A stretch of 64,000 bases of DNA, taken from positions 1 to 64,000 of IMG/VR virus record IMGVR_UViG_3300028045_000008; one strand, given 5' to 3'. This stretch comes from a virus. The stretch's first letter is position 1; every line of letters starts with the position of its first letter. Shown here piece by piece: positions 19,957-31,554 of this stretch. The notes under the pieces were generated by a model. The model was not told where the DNA came from. It was given only the letters and a program-made list of their open reading frames with translations, and did not search any database. The position numbers and the translations under genes were made by a program.

Positions 19957-21891
19957 ATGGCCGATAAAACTAAAAATCCAAATAATCCACAATCAGAACT
20001 CTTTAGGAGATTGACGAGATTATTCTCTGGTCCGATCGTGAACTGGAGAACCCAAATGAATCGCAAGATTCGCAGGACGTCTCTGGATAAATATGCGACC
20101 CAATTTAAGTCGGCATCCGGCCAACAATTTAAGAAATCTGAATATAGTCCATTCGACATCATGCATTCGAAAATAATGGCGCAGCAAAATCGTGCCGAAC
20201 GCTATGTTGACTACGAACAGATGGAATATATGCCGGAAATAGCTTCTGCTTTGGATATATATGCTGATGAGATGACCACACACACGGCACTGACTCCAAT
20301 GTTATCAATTCAATGCTCGAACGAGGAAATAAAAGCGATTTTACGATCTCTCTATGATAATGTCCTCAACGTCAATCATAATCTGTTTGGTTGGTGCCGC
20401 TCGATGTGCAAATATGGCGATGTAATATTATATATGGATATTGACGAGAGACTCGGTGTCAAATCTGTTATACCGCTGCCACTTAGGGAAATCGAGAGGA
20501 TGGAGGGGGAGGATCCAACAAATCCAAACTACATTCAATATCAATGGAACGCCGGCGGCATGACTTTCGAGAACTGGCAAGTGGCACACTTTAGGATCCT
20601 GGGAAATGACAAGAATACTCCTTATGGTACCTCTGTTTTGGACGCCGGCCGCCGCATTTGGCGCCAATTGGTTCTGATGGAAGACGCTATGATGGCATAT
20701 CGCATCGTCCGATCATCAGAGCGGAGAGTTTTTTATATTGATGTTGGAAATATCGCCCCACAAGACGTTGAAAACTTTGTACAAAAAACAATAACATCGA
20801 TGAAGAGGAATCAGGTAGTCGATGCAAATACTGGCCGCGTCGACCTCCGCTATAATCCGCTATCTGTCGAGGAAGATTATTTCATACCGATAAGAGGGGG
20901 AGAATCATCAAAGATAGACACGCTTCAAGGCGGACAGTTCACTGGAGATATTGACGATGTAAAATATTTGAGAGACAAGATGTTTTCTGCCCTAAAGATA
21001 CCTTCCTCTTATTTATCGAGCGACTCTGATGCTGCTGTAGAAGATAAAAACACTCTGGCTCAGAAGGATATCCGCTTTGCGAGAACAATCCAGAGGCTCC
21101 AGCGCTCCGCTATCACGGAACTGGAAAAAATAGGTATTGTGCATTTATATACTTTGGGGTTTCGAGGTGACGACTTAGTTAGTTTCAGACTTAATCTCAA
21201 TAATCCTTCAAAAATCGCTGAATTGCAGGAACTGGAGCATTGGAAGACAAAATTTGATATCGCCGGCGGCGCCACAGAGAACTTCTTTAGTAGACGCTGG
21301 ATAGCTCAAAACATTTTTGATTTGTCAGATGAGGAATTCGTCAGAAATCAACGTGAAATGTTTCACGATAGGAAGTACGAAGCAGCCCTCGCAGCAGCAG
21401 CAGAAGAGGTTGCAGAAGAAGGCCTCGGAGCCTCCGGAGGCGGCGACCTTGATATGGGGGGAGAAGAAGAATTCGACCTCGGAGGAGAAGAAGAATTCGA
21501 CCTCGGAGGAGAAGAGCCAGCCGGCGAGGAAGCGGAGGAATCCCCTCTTCTGGACGCCCCGGCCAAGAGAAATGATCATGGCCAGAAATATTCTGAAAAA
21601 TCACTCAAATCATCATCAAGAGGGAAAAAATATGTAAATAAAAAGCTCCGAGGCGGCGACGGACGAAATGGCCGCCCACAGGCTTATAAGAGCATAGCTA
21701 TTCCCAGCCAGAGAGAGTTAATTCCTGGCATGATGGATATGATGAGCTTGTCTCGTGGTATTTACGAGAACGAGCGACCTAATTACGGAAACGAAGAGAG
21801 CATTTTACTGGAATCCACCTTGGCCGTGAAAAGGGTTATTATGGATTTACAACAAAATTCGGAGATTAAAATAAATGAAGATGAAACATAA
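19957..21891 (+). CDS. Portal protein (T4 gp20-like) with long acidic/basic C-terminal tail
   Basis: LMEDAMMAYRIVR..ERRVFYIDVGN, EDYFIP.RG, DDVKY..K..SALKIP. Confidence 0.93.
   Translation: MADKTKNPNNPQSELFRRLTRLFSGPIVNWRTQMNRKIRRTSLDKYATQFKSASGQQFKKSEYSPFDIMHSKIMAQQNRAERYVDYEQMEYMPEIASALDIYADEMTTHTALTPMLSIQCSNEEIKAILRSLYDNVLNVNHNLFGWCRSMCKYGDVILYMDIDERLGVKSVIPLPLREIERMEGEDPTNPNYIQYQWNAGGMTFENWQVAHFRILGNDKNTPYGTSVLDAGRRIWRQLVLMEDAMMAYRIVRSSERRVFYIDVGNIAPQDVENFVQKTITSMKRNQVVDANTGRVDLRYNPLSVEEDYFIPIRGGESSKIDTLQGGQFTGDIDDVKYLRDKMFSALKIPSSYLSSDSDAAVEDKNTLAQKDIRFARTIQRLQRSAITELEKIGIVHLYTLGFRGDDLVSFRLNLNNPSKIAELQELEHWKTKFDIAGGATENFFSRRWIAQNIFDLSDEEFVRNQREMFHDRKYEAALAAAAEEVAEEGLGASGGGDLDMGGEEEFDLGGEEEFDLGGEEPAGEEAEESPLLDAPAKRNDHGQKYSEKSLKSSSRGKKYVNKKLRGGDGRNGRPQAYKSIAIPSQRELIPGMMDMMSLSRGIYENERPNYGNEESILLESTLAVKRVIMDLQQNSEIKINEDET
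21457..21515 (+). repeat. 24-bp tandem repeat (about 2.5 copies; GGEEEFDL) in portal tail
   Basis: ggaggagaagaagaattcgacctc repeated. Confidence 0.9.
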
Positions 21892-22696
21892 TAAGAAGCG
21901 CAATACTGCCTTTATCTTTGACGCTCTAATAAGAGAGTTAACCAAGACAATTATTTCTAAGGATGAAAAAAAGAAAAAGGTTATCTTATCTCTCATAAAA
22001 GAAAACTTCCGCGGCAACGGCGTTCTTGCAAAAGACCTCGACCTCTATAAATCTATCCTTGAGACGAGGAAAGTGGACAAGAGGACAGCAGAAAAGATCA
22101 TCTTCGAGGCCAGAGTACAAAAGAGGGCTATAAATCATAAAGATTTGTTCAAAAAGCAATCAGAAGTGATCAATAAGATCAACAAGCTTGTGTCTCCAGA
22201 CGTCTTCGCAAATTTTATCCCAAACTATAAAGATATGGCAACAATCTTTCAGATCTTTCATCCAAAAACAAAAATGAGACAGCGAGTCCTGATGGAGAGC
22301 GACCTCATTAATAGGATGATCTCTGATGAAGAGAAGGAGAGGGAGTTGTTGAGGCCTATCGACAATCTGACATATAAGACTTTTGTCAAAAAATTCAATG
22401 AGAAATACGGATCATCCCTGTTGGAGTCACAAAAAGAACTCCTAAGAAGATATATCAGATCATTTGACGATAACGGCGTGGAACTAAAGATATTCTTAAA
22501 TGAAGAGATCCCCAGACTCAAAGAGGAGATGGAAGAGGCCGCAAATATAAAAGAGTTACAATCTGATAGCGAGATGCTCACTGGCGCCCAGAAGGTCTCC
22601 TCTATGCTTGAAAACATGGTAAAAAGACCAGTAGATAACGTTTTTATCCATGATATCTTGAAAATACAAAACTTAGTTAAGGAAATTAAAAGCTAA
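21875..22696 (+). CDS. Hypothetical protein in head cluster
   Basis: ORF overlapping portal end; KHNKKRNT N-terminus. Confidence 0.6.
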   Translation: MKMKHNKKRNTAFIFDALIRELTKTIISKDEKKKKVILSLIKENFRGNGVLAKDLDLYKSILETRKVDKRTAEKIIFEARVQKRAINHKDLFKKQSEVINKINKLVSPDVFANFIPNYKDMATIFQIFHPKTKMRQRVLMESDLINRMISDEEKERELLRPIDNLTYKTFVKKFNEKYGSSLLESQKELLRRYIRSFDDNGVELKIFLNEEIPRLKEEMEEAANIKELQSDSEMLTGAQKVSSMLENMVKRPVDNVFIHDILKIQNLVKEIKS

Positions 22697-23250
22697 TGGC
22701 ATCACTAACCGTCTACATGGGCTCAGAAGCCAATAAGAAGAGAATTACCCTAGAACTTAAAGCTAGAAAAACCTTGGATGGTAACATCTTGATATTCGAT
22801 CACCAGGAAATTGATATCGTCATCATGCCAAAGAAGAAAAAGGTGGTTGCATTTGCGAAAGATGATTTCTCAGATGCGGTTTATGAAGTCCAGAATAGGT
22901 TGTTTGATCATTTGAAAAGGCGAGGGATTATCTCTTACGACTCAATAAGGGGCGGAAGCGTATATGGCTCTTTTGAGGGGCTAATAGAAGAGTCTGCTGA
23001 TGCTAGTATCAATCCTATCGACTATACTCTTTATAATATACACACCTTCTTGAAAGAAGAGGCGCCATATTACAACTATCTTGAGGATTATGAAAAGATG
23101 CTCGATGATTATTATACGCAGCCTACGGACACCGACTCAACTGAACTCGGAGAGGTCCCCCAGGCCTCGGAGAAAGGCTCTTTGAAGCCTGGTTATAACT
23201 ATGAACCTTATTGGATGAGCTATATGCTTGAGGAAGATAAGGAAAAATAA
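22696..23250 (+). CDS. Hypothetical protein
   Basis: TAATG-coupled ORF. Confidence 0.6.
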   Translation: MASLTVYMGSEANKKRITLELKARKTLDGNILIFDHQEIDIVIMPKKKKVVAFAKDDFSDAVYEVQNRLFDHLKRRGIISYDSIRGGSVYGSFEGLIEESADASINPIDYTLYNIHTFLKEEAPYYNYLEDYEKMLDDYYTQPTDTDSTELGEVPQASEKGSLKPGYNYEPYWMSYMLEEDKEK

Positions 23251-23537
23251 TGAACCTCATATATTTTGTCTTGGCTAGCCATGGCCTGACACAATTGCTT
23301 TGTTATGCTAGAATCTTTGACAAAATTCGTCCTGAAGGTTACTTCTGGTGTTGTCCGATGTGTGTTGGGTTTTGGGTTGGTGTATTTTTATGTGGCATTA
23401 GCCCGTTAACTGAACTATTTACTTATGAACCAACTATCATGAACTTTTTAATTTGTGGTTGGGTGAGTTCTGGAACATCATATATCTTAAGTATGGTGTT
23501 TGGAGATGATGGCATAAACCTAAAAGAAAGGAGGTGA
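23250..23537 (+). CDS. Small membrane protein with CPMC.GFW motif (DUF1360-like)
   Basis: Three hydrophobic segments and CCPMCVGFW. Confidence 0.55.
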   Translation: MNLIYFVLASHGLTQLLCYARIFDKIRPEGYFWCCPMCVGFWVGVFLCGISPLTELFTYEPTIMNFLICGWVSSGTSYILSMVFGDDGINLKERR

Positions 23538-23539
23538 GT

Positions 23540-23593
23540 ATGTCTAAAAGATGGATGATTCGTGGAGTTCGTCGTTGCAAAAACGGATGTTGA
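23540..23593 (+). CDS. Candidate 17-aa micropeptide MSKRWMIRGVRRCKNGC
   Basis: AAGGAGGTGA immediately upstream of ATG; fills the gap before the protease gene. Confidence 0.45.
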   Translation: MSKRWMIRGVRRCKNGC

Positions 23594-23614
23594 CTGCGTT
23601 GAAAAGGATTTAAA

Positions 23615-24232
23615 ATGAGTAAAGTTTTATTAAGAGAATACTATGCCCTCTGTGATGGGGGTGTCTGCCAAGATCTTTTGACTGAGGCAGAGAAAATAGA
23701 TGTACAAAAGAATGGTGCAATGTATTTGACCGGCTTGATGCAGTGCGCCTCGAAACCAAACGGTAATATGAGGGTATATCCAGAGGATATCTTGGCAAGA
23801 GAGATAAAAGTTTATCAAAAGCTTGTCAAAGAAAATAGAGCTTTGGGAGAACTAGACCACCCAGATGATTCGGTCATCAATTTGAAGAATGCTTCTCATA
23901 TTGTTACCAATATTTGGATGGAAGGCCCCGAGGTCAAAGGCACTGTTAAGGTCCTGAATACCCCATCTGGACAGATTTTACGCTCTCTGGTAGAGGGTGG
24001 TTGTCAACTTGGCATATCATCGAGAGGTTTGGGCTCTGTTCGGGAAATGTCGGATGGGTGTGTGGCTGTCGAAGACGATTTCCAACTCATCTGCTTTGAT
24101 TTCGTTTCAGAGCCAAGCACACCAAATGCATTTATGAATTTGCAGGAAGGCAAAGAATATAAAGAACCAAACATTTTTACTAAAGCAGATAGAATCAACA
24201 GAGCTTTAAATAGCATCTTGGGAGATAAATAA
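23615..24232 (+). CDS. Prohead core protease (T4 gp21-like)
   Basis: NGNMRVYP, ALGELDHP, GISSRGLGS, DFVSEPSTPNA. Confidence 0.93.
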   Translation: MSKVLLREYYALCDGGVCQDLLTEAEKIDVQKNGAMYLTGLMQCASKPNGNMRVYPEDILAREIKVYQKLVKENRALGELDHPDDSVINLKNASHIVTNIWMEGPEVKGTVKVLNTPSGQILRSLVEGGCQLGISSRGLGSVREMSDGCVAVEDDFQLICFDFVSEPSTPNAFMNLQEGKEYKEPNIFTKADRINRALNSILGDK

Positions 24233-24233
24233 A

Positions 24234-24902
24234 ATGAGCAGAAATAAAAAATGGTCGAGCAATGATAAAAATCAACTGCTCGTTGAAAATTTTAGAAATT
24301 TTATGGAAGAGGGTGATTTTTCACCAGACGAAGATTTAAACGAGCGCTCTTGGGGTCAAATGGCCAAAGACGTTGTAAAGGGCGACTTTACTGGCAGCAA
24401 GCGAGAAGCTCAGACCCGAGAGACCGGAGAATATTGGCTTAAGGAAGTTGAAAAAAGGTTGCAACGCCCACATGATAATCTGAAGGGCGCCCTTGAAGAC
24501 ACACTTAAACACTCTTCGGTGAATACAGAACGCCTGCCTAAAGATCTCGAAGCACACGGCGCAAAAGACATAAAAGATTTAATCGATATTACAATCGGCT
24601 CGTATCGTCTTCAAAGCGCCGTGCGCGATCATAAAAGATGGGCCGATGGGATCATCGATGATAGTGAACGCGCTGAAGCTGCAAAGAAGAGACGAGCCCA
24701 GCGAGATTGGGATGCGACCGGTCGGGCGAAGCAGGACGCTCAAGATGCTAAAGATAGGTCGTACCACGCCCGAGGAGGTAAATCTCACAGTAGGAAGTAT
24801 GAACCAACTCGCGGCGACATTACACCCGGCAATAAGGATTACGGGGAAGAACGGCGCGCCACAACGGGAAGGTGGGACGAAGCGAAGAAGAGGAATAAGT
24901 GA
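24234..24902 (+). CDS. Hypothetical charged protein, possible internal head protein
   Basis: N-terminal LLVENFRNFMEE; position after the protease gene. Confidence 0.5.
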   Translation: MSRNKKWSSNDKNQLLVENFRNFMEEGDFSPDEDLNERSWGQMAKDVVKGDFTGSKREAQTRETGEYWLKEVEKRLQRPHDNLKGALEDTLKHSSVNTERLPKDLEAHGAKDIKDLIDITIGSYRLQSAVRDHKRWADGIIDDSERAEAAKKRRAQRDWDATGRAKQDAQDAKDRSYHARGGKSHSRKYEPTRGDITPGNKDYGEERRATTGRWDEAKKRNK

Positions 24903-25318
24903 AAAAGAACGAACTACAAAAAATCCTAAAACCCCTCATCAAACAATGTATCAAAGAAGTGATCTTTGAAGAGGGGGTTTTATCAAACTTAATTAAAGAG
25001 ATCGCAGTTGGTATTGGGTCCCAACAAACGATTGTCGAGACAAGACAAACTCCTCCACCAGATTTCTCAAGACAAAGGGTTGAACTTCAAGAAGAAGCCT
25101 CTGACGCCCTAAAAGAGAAAAAAAGAAGATTAGAAGAATCAATGGGCGCAGGATTTAACGGCATATTCGATAATGTGGATCCAATCTCAAGAGCCGGCTC
25201 CCCAGGTTCTTCCAACTCTCAAAGTCCACTATCCGCTTATGCACCGAACGATGCTGGTGTAGATATTAGTGGGATTATGGCAATTGCTGGCGGAAAAAAT
25301 TGGAAAAATATGATTTAG
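24899..25318 (+). CDS. Hypothetical protein
   Basis: GTG start with GAGG RBS; LKPLIKQCIKEVIFEE N-terminus. Confidence 0.55.
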   Translation: MKKNELQKILKPLIKQCIKEVIFEEGVLSNLIKEIAVGIGSQQTIVETRQTPPPDFSRQRVELQEEASDALKEKKRRLEESMGAGFNGIFDNVDPISRAGSPGSSNSQSPLSAYAPNDAGVDISGIMAIAGGKNWKNMI

Positions 25319-25360
25319 TTTCTTATTTAACTATTTATATAGGTAAAGTGAACTAAATAT

Positions 25361-28300
25361 ATGTCAAGATTTCGACCAAGTAGAAATTACGTTAGTGGCA
25401 AAGTTGTATTTGATGGCGGTCCCGTAGATATAAGCGGAGATCTTGTCGTCTCTGGATCGATAACTGCCAATGAGTATAACGTAAATGTTATTAACACAAA
25501 CGTTACGCACATCGACGCCGATGGTAATACAAAGTTTGGCGATACACCAGATGATACACACCAATTTACGGGCTCCGTGTTCATCAATGGCCCACTATCT
25601 GCCAGCAGTATCATAGGAGGCGGCGCAACAACGCCTGGCGCCCCCAACACATCGGTTCAATTCAATGATGCAGGCGCCTTTGCAGGCGATCCAGATTTTA
25701 CATGGGATAACACAGCGAATATCTTAACTGTAAGTGGTGATATCACAGCGTCTGTGAATATTTCCGGAGCCTTCTTCTATGGCGACGGATCTGGACTCAC
25801 CGGAGTTACAGCAACAGCATCCCCGGCCGGCACAAACGCGGAGATTCAATATAATGCTGATGGTGCCCTTGGAGCAGATGCAGATTTTACATGGAGTAGT
25901 GGAAGTAACGCTCTAAGTGTCAACGGCTCCATAACATCTTCCGTCATTCTGATCTCCTCTTCGGACCCAGGCCCGCTTTTGACAATTTGCGGAAATGATT
26001 TGCCTTGCCTGATGTCCGTCGATACTTCAAGTAGCGTCGACGGCGGCGCCAGAGTACTGATTGGGATTTCAAATGACGAGATTCTTCTTCCAACTGCGAC
26101 CGCCAAGCGAGGCGCTCTTCACATAGAACAGGAATCGACCTCCTCCGCCGCCATCACCTCAAACGGCATTTCGGTATATACTTACGCACAGGAAGAATAT
26201 GAATCTTCCATACGATTGCATACATGGGACCCGCAACCTGGTAACGCTTCAAGCCTGTCTTTCTATACGAACGAGGGCACTTTTCCAAACGGTGGAGGGG
26301 TGGCCACCGGCCAAGCCCTCGGAAGAATAAACTTTGGTGGATGGGATGGAAACCAGTCGGTTCTGGGGTACTATGTTCAGGCGAAAGCTGATGAAAATTG
26401 GACCTTTGGAACAAAAAATGGATCATATCTTCAATTCTTTTCAACACCGGAGGGGAGGGGCGCTTCCACAAATTTAAAAGAGAGAATAAGGATGACCGGC
26501 GAGGGACACCTGGTTGTCTTTCCATATTCCGCCTCCAATGACGACGCAGACCTGATACAGAATAATTTCCTCTCAAGTCCTGGATCCCCAGCACTACAAG
26601 TTTACGGGCCTACCCTTTTCGGAAGCTCTTCCGCAAACACGCACATTTTCACCGGCTCAGTCAATATAGCTGGCGATTTAACTGCCTCAGCAAACGTATC
26701 TGCAAGCTTCTTTCATGGTGATGGCTCCAATCTGACAAATTTACCAGCAGGCACACCAGCAGGATCAGATACACAAATACAATTTAACAACGCAGGTGCC
26801 TTTGGAGCCTCCGCCGATTTGACCTGGGACGGCACAAATCTGTCTTCTTCGACCATCGTCCCAAACGCCACGATAACATATGATTTGGGATCCGCAGATT
26901 TAAGCTGGAACACTCTGTATACCGATAGCGTTATCGGGGATTTGCAGGGAGCAATCTTATTCGACGCCGTTAACGACGAAGGTGATTCGATCTCCAAAGG
27001 TCAGGCGGTATATATTAATGGTATATCCGGACAGACACCAACTGTCGCACTCGCCGCTTGTGATGACCCGGCTAAGATGCCGGCATTTGGTCTCGCCGCC
27101 GCCAATGCCATTAATGGCGCCGCAGTCCAGATTGTTACTTTTGGTAGCTTGCAGAATATAAATTTGACAACATTATACGGACAGTCCTTCTCAGGGGGAG
27201 ACACTGCATATGTTCAAACCGGCTCTGGTGGGACTTCTGGAAGTCTAACTCCCTTTGTTCCCACAGGTTCGAGCCACTTGATACAGAATTTAGGAATAAT
27301 AGTCCGTAACGGCGGTGGCGGCGATGGTCAAATCAAAGTCGGCGGCGCCGGAAGAACAAACGCAACCCCAAATTTAGATAAAGGGTATTTGTTTGTAGGT
27401 AACGATTCAAATCAGTCAGTTCAAGATAATACATTATTTGTTTCATCTTCTGCCGGCAGAGTTGGTATCAACAATATAAATCCAACACATGCTTTGGCTG
27501 TCACTGGCGATATTAGCGCCTCAGTTAATGTTTCTGCTTCTGCCTTTTATGGCGATGGCTCAAATTTAACAAATGTCAACGCCTCTCTTTTGATCGGAAA
27601 GTCTCTCTTTGTTGATAGTGTCAATGGCGACGATGGTACTGGGGTAAGAGGAGACGAATCCCTCCCTTATTTGACTATCGACGCCGCAATTACAGACTCT
27701 TTATCTGGAGACGCCATTTATGTTGGCCCAGGCATATACCCAGAATCCGGCCTATCTTTGCCATCTGGCCGGTCCCTAATCGGATCCGCAGGATACACTC
27801 GAACTTCGCTTGGTATAACATCCTCTGCCACAGACATCCTCACAACAGTCGACGATACTTGGGTCGAGGGCTTCACCTTTAATATTCCGACTGGTTCTGG
27901 AAATGCAGGTATCAGATATACTGGGGCAGGCGGTACGATGCAGGCTTATTCGCTAGCTTACGCTGGCGATGGCGCAAGTGGCCTTGGAGATGGATTTGTA
28001 AAGACGGGCACAGGAAAGGTTATTGGATCAGAAGTCAGACTGACAATGGGTGGATTAAATTCTGTTGTGAGATCGGACCAGGGCGTCATGGCCTTTGAGT
28101 CAATCCACGTTCCCGTCGCCACCGGCGATATAGAGCATGTAGCCTTGGTTGAGGGATCCTCTCGCGCCCAACTTATTAATTTTAATGCTGGAAACTCAAA
28201 TGTTGTAAACACTATAACTGTAACAGGATCCGCAACCGCAATATGTCTAGCCGTGAATTGGTTCGATGTCCAAAACGGACTTAATATCCAGCAAGATGGA

Positions 28301-29734
28301 GTAAACGTTGAAATAAACGGCGGAAAGATCCAGCCATCTGCCTACTCTGTTACGATGAATAACTCCGAAACATTTACTAGTGCTTCAGTTATCTCTCTGA
28401 CTAACATCAATTCACATCCAGATTTTAACTTCCCACCTTCTGCTCTCAACGCCCAGTTCGAAGTGACGTTTGCAACCACAGAGAATACAGATCATTATGC
28501 CTCCGAGACTCTCTTTGGTACTGACTTTGCGGCGGGATTCCCAGAAAAGGGCTCTGCGATCTCTGTGGGCAATGGCCCATCTTATGCCACTGGAATGAAA
28601 GTATACACTAGCGACGGAACAGACACGACGACAACAACTGGGTCTCTGATCGACGTTACAATTTCGGCATCTTCCCACGCTGACACGCCGTTTACCTTTC
28701 AGGGCGGATCCGCGAATCATTGTATATATTTCGGCTCGACAAGGGTTGACGTAAACTCAGACCCACTCAAATATTATGGGATCAATGTTGATACATCCAT
28801 TGGTTCATTGACTGGTGCCTATGTATACGAGGTATGGGATGGTACCGAATGGGCCGATGTAGACTACCAATGTACCTCTGTAACGGAAGGATATAGATAT
28901 GCCAATAATCCTTTCATGAGAACAGACAATGATGAATTCATTAGGTTCGGCATCGAGCACCCAGACACCGTCTGGGCAACTTCTTCTATCGATGGCAACA
29001 ATGCATACTGGTCTCGCTGTAGAATCACTACCTCTGCCAGTTTGCCACAGTTCAGGAAGTGGTGGCTGACTCCAACACATTTATCTATAAGCGATAAAGG
29101 GGTTAGACAATCTCATGGTGAATCAATCTGGGAGGCAACGCTTGTCGGCGCCGGAAATATTTTTGGAGAGTCCGGTGGTGTCGTAACTGCCAACAATAAC
29201 GTCGGCTCTGGCGCCGCCCCAACCGGATGGACCCACCGGATGCCCAACTCGCTGCTGAATCAAGATGGAGATGCTATTTATACCCAATTTGCACTTCCTG
29301 CCGGAATTGATACATCGCTGCCGCTCAAGTTTAAAATTATTTACTCCCTAGATGATAGTGGCGCTTCTGTCCAGTTCCCATCTGGAACTCTGTCCGCCCT
29401 CCCACTTCAAGTTACTGGCATAGATGTCGCTGACCCAGACGGCGGAAAGATCCCAATACCAAGAATATTCGACAATACTGAGACTCTGACATCGAAAGTC
29501 GCGCCCATGGCCCTCACAGAGGGATTACAACCCGAAGGCGCCACTCTTGGCGATGATTTGAGCAATAGATTATTTTCTATTACTTATAAATATTTGTCGA
29601 TTGAAGAATACTATGAAGATGATATTATTGCAGTTCGGTTCGAACTAGAAGATGACGGGGATCCAGCCTACGATGTAGCTATATGGGCGGTTATCGTCGT
29701 GGGGCATAAATTCACAGAAGGGAAGCGACACTAA
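25361..29734 (+). CDS. Large tail fibre/spike-like protein (1457 aa), modular repeats plus probable beta-helix
   Basis: Three QFN..GAF..D.TW modules, three GD.TAS.N.S...F.GDGS.LT modules, [10 protein letters not shown]...PYLTI..AI...GD.IYV.PG.Y beta-helix cap. Confidence 0.75.
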   Translation: MSRFRPSRNYVSGKVVFDGGPVDISGDLVVSGSITANEYNVNVINTNVTHIDADGNTKFGDTPDDTHQFTGSVFINGPLSASSIIGGGATTPGAPNTSVQFNDAGAFAGDPDFTWDNTANILTVSGDITASVNISGAFFYGDGSGLTGVTATASPAGTNAEIQYNADGALGADADFTWSSGSNALSVNGSITSSVILISSSDPGPLLTICGNDLPCLMSVDTSSSVDGGARVLIGISNDEILLPTATAKRGALHIEQESTSSAAITSNGISVYTYAQEEYESSIRLHTWDPQPGNASSLSFYTNEGTFPNGGGVATGQALGRINFGGWDGNQSVLGYYVQAKADENWTFGTKNGSYLQFFSTPEGRGASTNLKERIRMTGEGHLVVFPYSASNDDADLIQNNFLSSPGSPALQVYGPTLFGSSSANTHIFTGSVNIAGDLTASANVSASFFHGDGSNLTNLPAGTPAGSDTQIQFNNAGAFGASADLTWDGTNLSSSTIVPNATITYDLGSADLSWNTLYTDSVIGDLQGAILFDAVNDEGDSISKGQAVYINGISGQTPTVALAACDDPAKMPAFGLAAANAINGAAVQIVTFGSLQNINLTTLYGQSFSGGDTAYVQTGSGGTSGSLTPFVPTGSSHLIQNLGIIVRNGGGGDGQIKVGGAGRTNATPNLDKGYLFVGNDSNQSVQDNTLFVSSSAGRVGINNINPTHALAVTGDISASVNVSASAFYGDGSNLTNVNASLLIGKSLFVDSVNGDDGTGVRGDESLPYLTIDAAITDSLSGDAIYVGPGIYPESGLSLPSGRSLIGSAGYTRTSLGITSSATDILTTVDDTWVEGFTFNIPTGSGNAGIRYTGAGGTMQAYSLAYAGDGASGLGDGFVKTGTGKVIGSEVRLTMGGLNSVVRSDQGVMAFESIHVPVATGDIEHVALVEGSSRAQLINFNAGNSNVVNTITVTGSATAICLAVNWFDVQNGLNIQQDGVNVEINGGKIQPSAYSVTMNNSETFTSASVISLTNINSHPDFNFPPSALNAQFEVTFATTENTDHYASETLFGTDFAAGFPEKGSAISVGNGPSYATGMKVYTSDGTDTTTTTGSLIDVTISASSHADTPFTFQGGSANHCIYFGSTRVDVNSDPLKYYGINVDTSIGSLTGAYVYEVWDGTEWADVDYQCTSVTEGYRYANNPFMRTDNDEFIRFGIEHPDTVWATSSIDGNNAYWSRCRITTSASLPQFRKWWLTPTHLSISDKGVRQSHGESIWEATLVGAGNIFGESGGVVTANNNVGSGAAPTGWTHRMPNSLLNQDGDAIYTQFALPAGIDTSLPLKFKIIYSLDDSGASVQFPSGTLSALPLQVTGIDVADPDGGKIPIPRIFDNTETLTSKVAPMALTEGLQPEGATLGDDLSNRLFSITYKYLSIEEYYEDDIIAVRFELEDDGDPAYDVAIWAVIVVGHKFTEGKRH

Positions 29735-30552
29735 TGGCAGGTAGTTTTAATTTATTATATAGTCAAGCGTTCTCCGCGACAGATACGATTGTTGTTAATC
29801 ATTCTCTCGATAGGTATCAGTTTGGTGTTATCATTTCTCTCGATGGATCCGCAGATAGTTCACAACTTATCTCTTCTATCCAGTTAGACTCAGGAGATCC
29901 GAGAAATTCCCTAACGATCACACTGACCTCTTCTCAGACCGGCCTTGTCAAGATCGTCGATACGGACTACTCGTGGGCAAACATGCCAACTCCAGAAGAG
30001 AGCGCAGGACTTCCAGATGTTATGATTTCCGGCTCAGCAGCCGCCGGGGATCTCACAGGGACGTATCCGAACCCAAGTTTATCTACCACCGCGGTAGCCG
30101 CAGGATCATACACCTCAGCGGATATTACTGTTGACGCCCAGGGCAGATTAACAGCGGCCTCAAACGGATCTGGTGGGGGGGCTTTCGGGCAAGACTACCA
30201 AACAGCGATTTCAACCGCAAGAAGTACGACAACTTCCGCAACATTTCAGACAAAAGTTACTTTGACAACACCATCGTTAACGGGGACATATAGAGTTGGC
30301 TGGACATCGGTTATAGATATGGATAATAATAAAAAGTCAGTTTTGGCAAGATTACAAAACACCACAGACGCCGCCACAATTGGGGCCGAACACAGTATGG
30401 AACCAAAAGACCCCACCGATAGGGTTATTGCTGGCGGCTTTGCAGAAGTTACATTTTCGGGAGCCTCTAAGACATTTGAAATACAATATTCCGCAACTGG
30501 AAATACAGCAGGAATTCAAGATGCGAGAATCGAGATTTGGAGGGTTAGTTAG
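29734..30552 (+). CDS. Fibre-associated structural protein
   Basis: [11 protein letters not shown] and [22 protein letters not shown] motifs common in phage fibres. Confidence 0.6.
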   Translation: MAGSFNLLYSQAFSATDTIVVNHSLDRYQFGVIISLDGSADSSQLISSIQLDSGDPRNSLTITLTSSQTGLVKIVDTDYSWANMPTPEESAGLPDVMISGSAAAGDLTGTYPNPSLSTTAVAAGSYTSADITVDAQGRLTAASNGSGGGAFGQDYQTAISTARSTTTSATFQTKVTLTTPSLTGTYRVGWTSVIDMDNNKKSVLARLQNTTDAATIGAEHSMEPKDPTDRVIAGGFAEVTFSGASKTFEIQYSATGNTAGIQDARIEIWRVS

Positions 30553-30653
30553 TGTCATTTCTTAATTATATGGCGCCAACTGCAGCCAGAAGTGGAACAT
30601 GCGTTAAAAATCATAAAGGTGCTACTATTTATAGTGTTCGGAGACAAAGTTAA

Positions 30654-31211
30654 ATGAATTATTTTTATTCCTTATCCACAGATTTTCCACAAGGTGTCAA
30701 TAGTGGAGAACTACATGTTGAAATAGGCGGCTCTATTAATATTAGTTCTCCAATAAACGGTATCACTATTTCTGGCGATACCGTGAAAATATCATTCGAT
30801 GAAGAGCTAACTTTGGGTGAGAAAAGCGATTTAGACAACATCATAACGACATACTCACCTCCGCCCGCAATCGATATAGTGAGAGAAGAGAAGCATTATG
30901 AAATCGATGAAAAAACTTATGAAATTATAGAAAAAGGCTTTCAATTTGATGGCAAATCTTTTGGGCTGGATATGAGATGTCAAATCGAGTGGGTTTATTT
31001 AAAGATGTTCGAAGCAGAACAGGTGTGGCCAGCAAGAATCAAGACCATGACTGGCGAAATTTACTATTTGCAGCAAGCTGATTTGCACAGTTTTGCACTA
31101 ACTGCGTTTAATAAGATAAGAGAAGTTTTTGATAACTCAATAACTTTAAAAGAGAGTGTTAACACATCCTCAACAGAAGAAGCAATTCTCAATATAGAAG
31201 ATACGAGATAA
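30654..31211 (+). CDS. Putative tail fibre assembly protein (DUF4376-like C-terminus)
   Basis: IEKGFQFDGKSF..D...Q...W.....T pattern; follows fibre genes. Confidence 0.45.
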   Translation: MNYFYSLSTDFPQGVNSGELHVEIGGSINISSPINGITISGDTVKISFDEELTLGEKSDLDNIITTYSPPPAIDIVREEKHYEIDEKTYEIIEKGFQFDGKSFGLDMRCQIEWVYLKMFEAEQVWPARIKTMTGEIYYLQQADLHSFALTAFNKIREVFDNSITLKESVNTSSTEEAILNIEDTR

Positions 31212-31222
31212 TTGGAGTAAAA

Positions 31223-31501
31223 ATGTCTAAATCTAAGCCTTCTAACCTAACGGAAAGACCAAGGGGCAAGCACGATAATGATTTGCGAATGATTCGCAGG
31301 TTTATGAAGAAAATAAAGAAATTCAGAATACTGGATGACTACAGGGAGACTTTGATATTCGAAAAGGACTCTACAAAAAAGAGAAAAGCCAGGAAAAGAA
31401 GAAAAAAGGTTCTCGATAAGTTGAGGGATGAATATCAGAAGTCGATGGAATTCAATGATGATCTACCTAAACTTCCAAAAGAGAGAAAAAGAAGAAGATA
31501 G
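31223..31501 (+). CDS. rpsU: Ribosomal protein bS21-like
   Basis: MIRRFMKKIKK..ILDDYRE...FEKDSTKKRKARKR matches the bS21 pattern (LRRFK.K....G.L.E.R....YEKPS..R). Confidence 0.6.
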   Translation: MSKSKPSNLTERPRGKHDNDLRMIRRFMKKIKKFRILDDYRETLIFEKDSTKKRKARKRRKKVLDKLRDEYQKSMEFNDDLPKLPKERKRRR

Positions 31502-31554
31502 AAATTTTAAAAACTATTTATATTATATAAGAGAAATAACGGGAGCTTGTATAA

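Noticed and set aside
23588-23602. Possible selenocysteine readthrough (Cys-UGA-Leu-Arg-UGA) in the micropeptide
   Set aside because: No SECIS-like hairpin visible after the UGA
30553-30653. tRNA or other RNA gene in the larger intergenic gaps
   Set aside because: No cloverleaf or T-loop consensus visible here or in the other gaps
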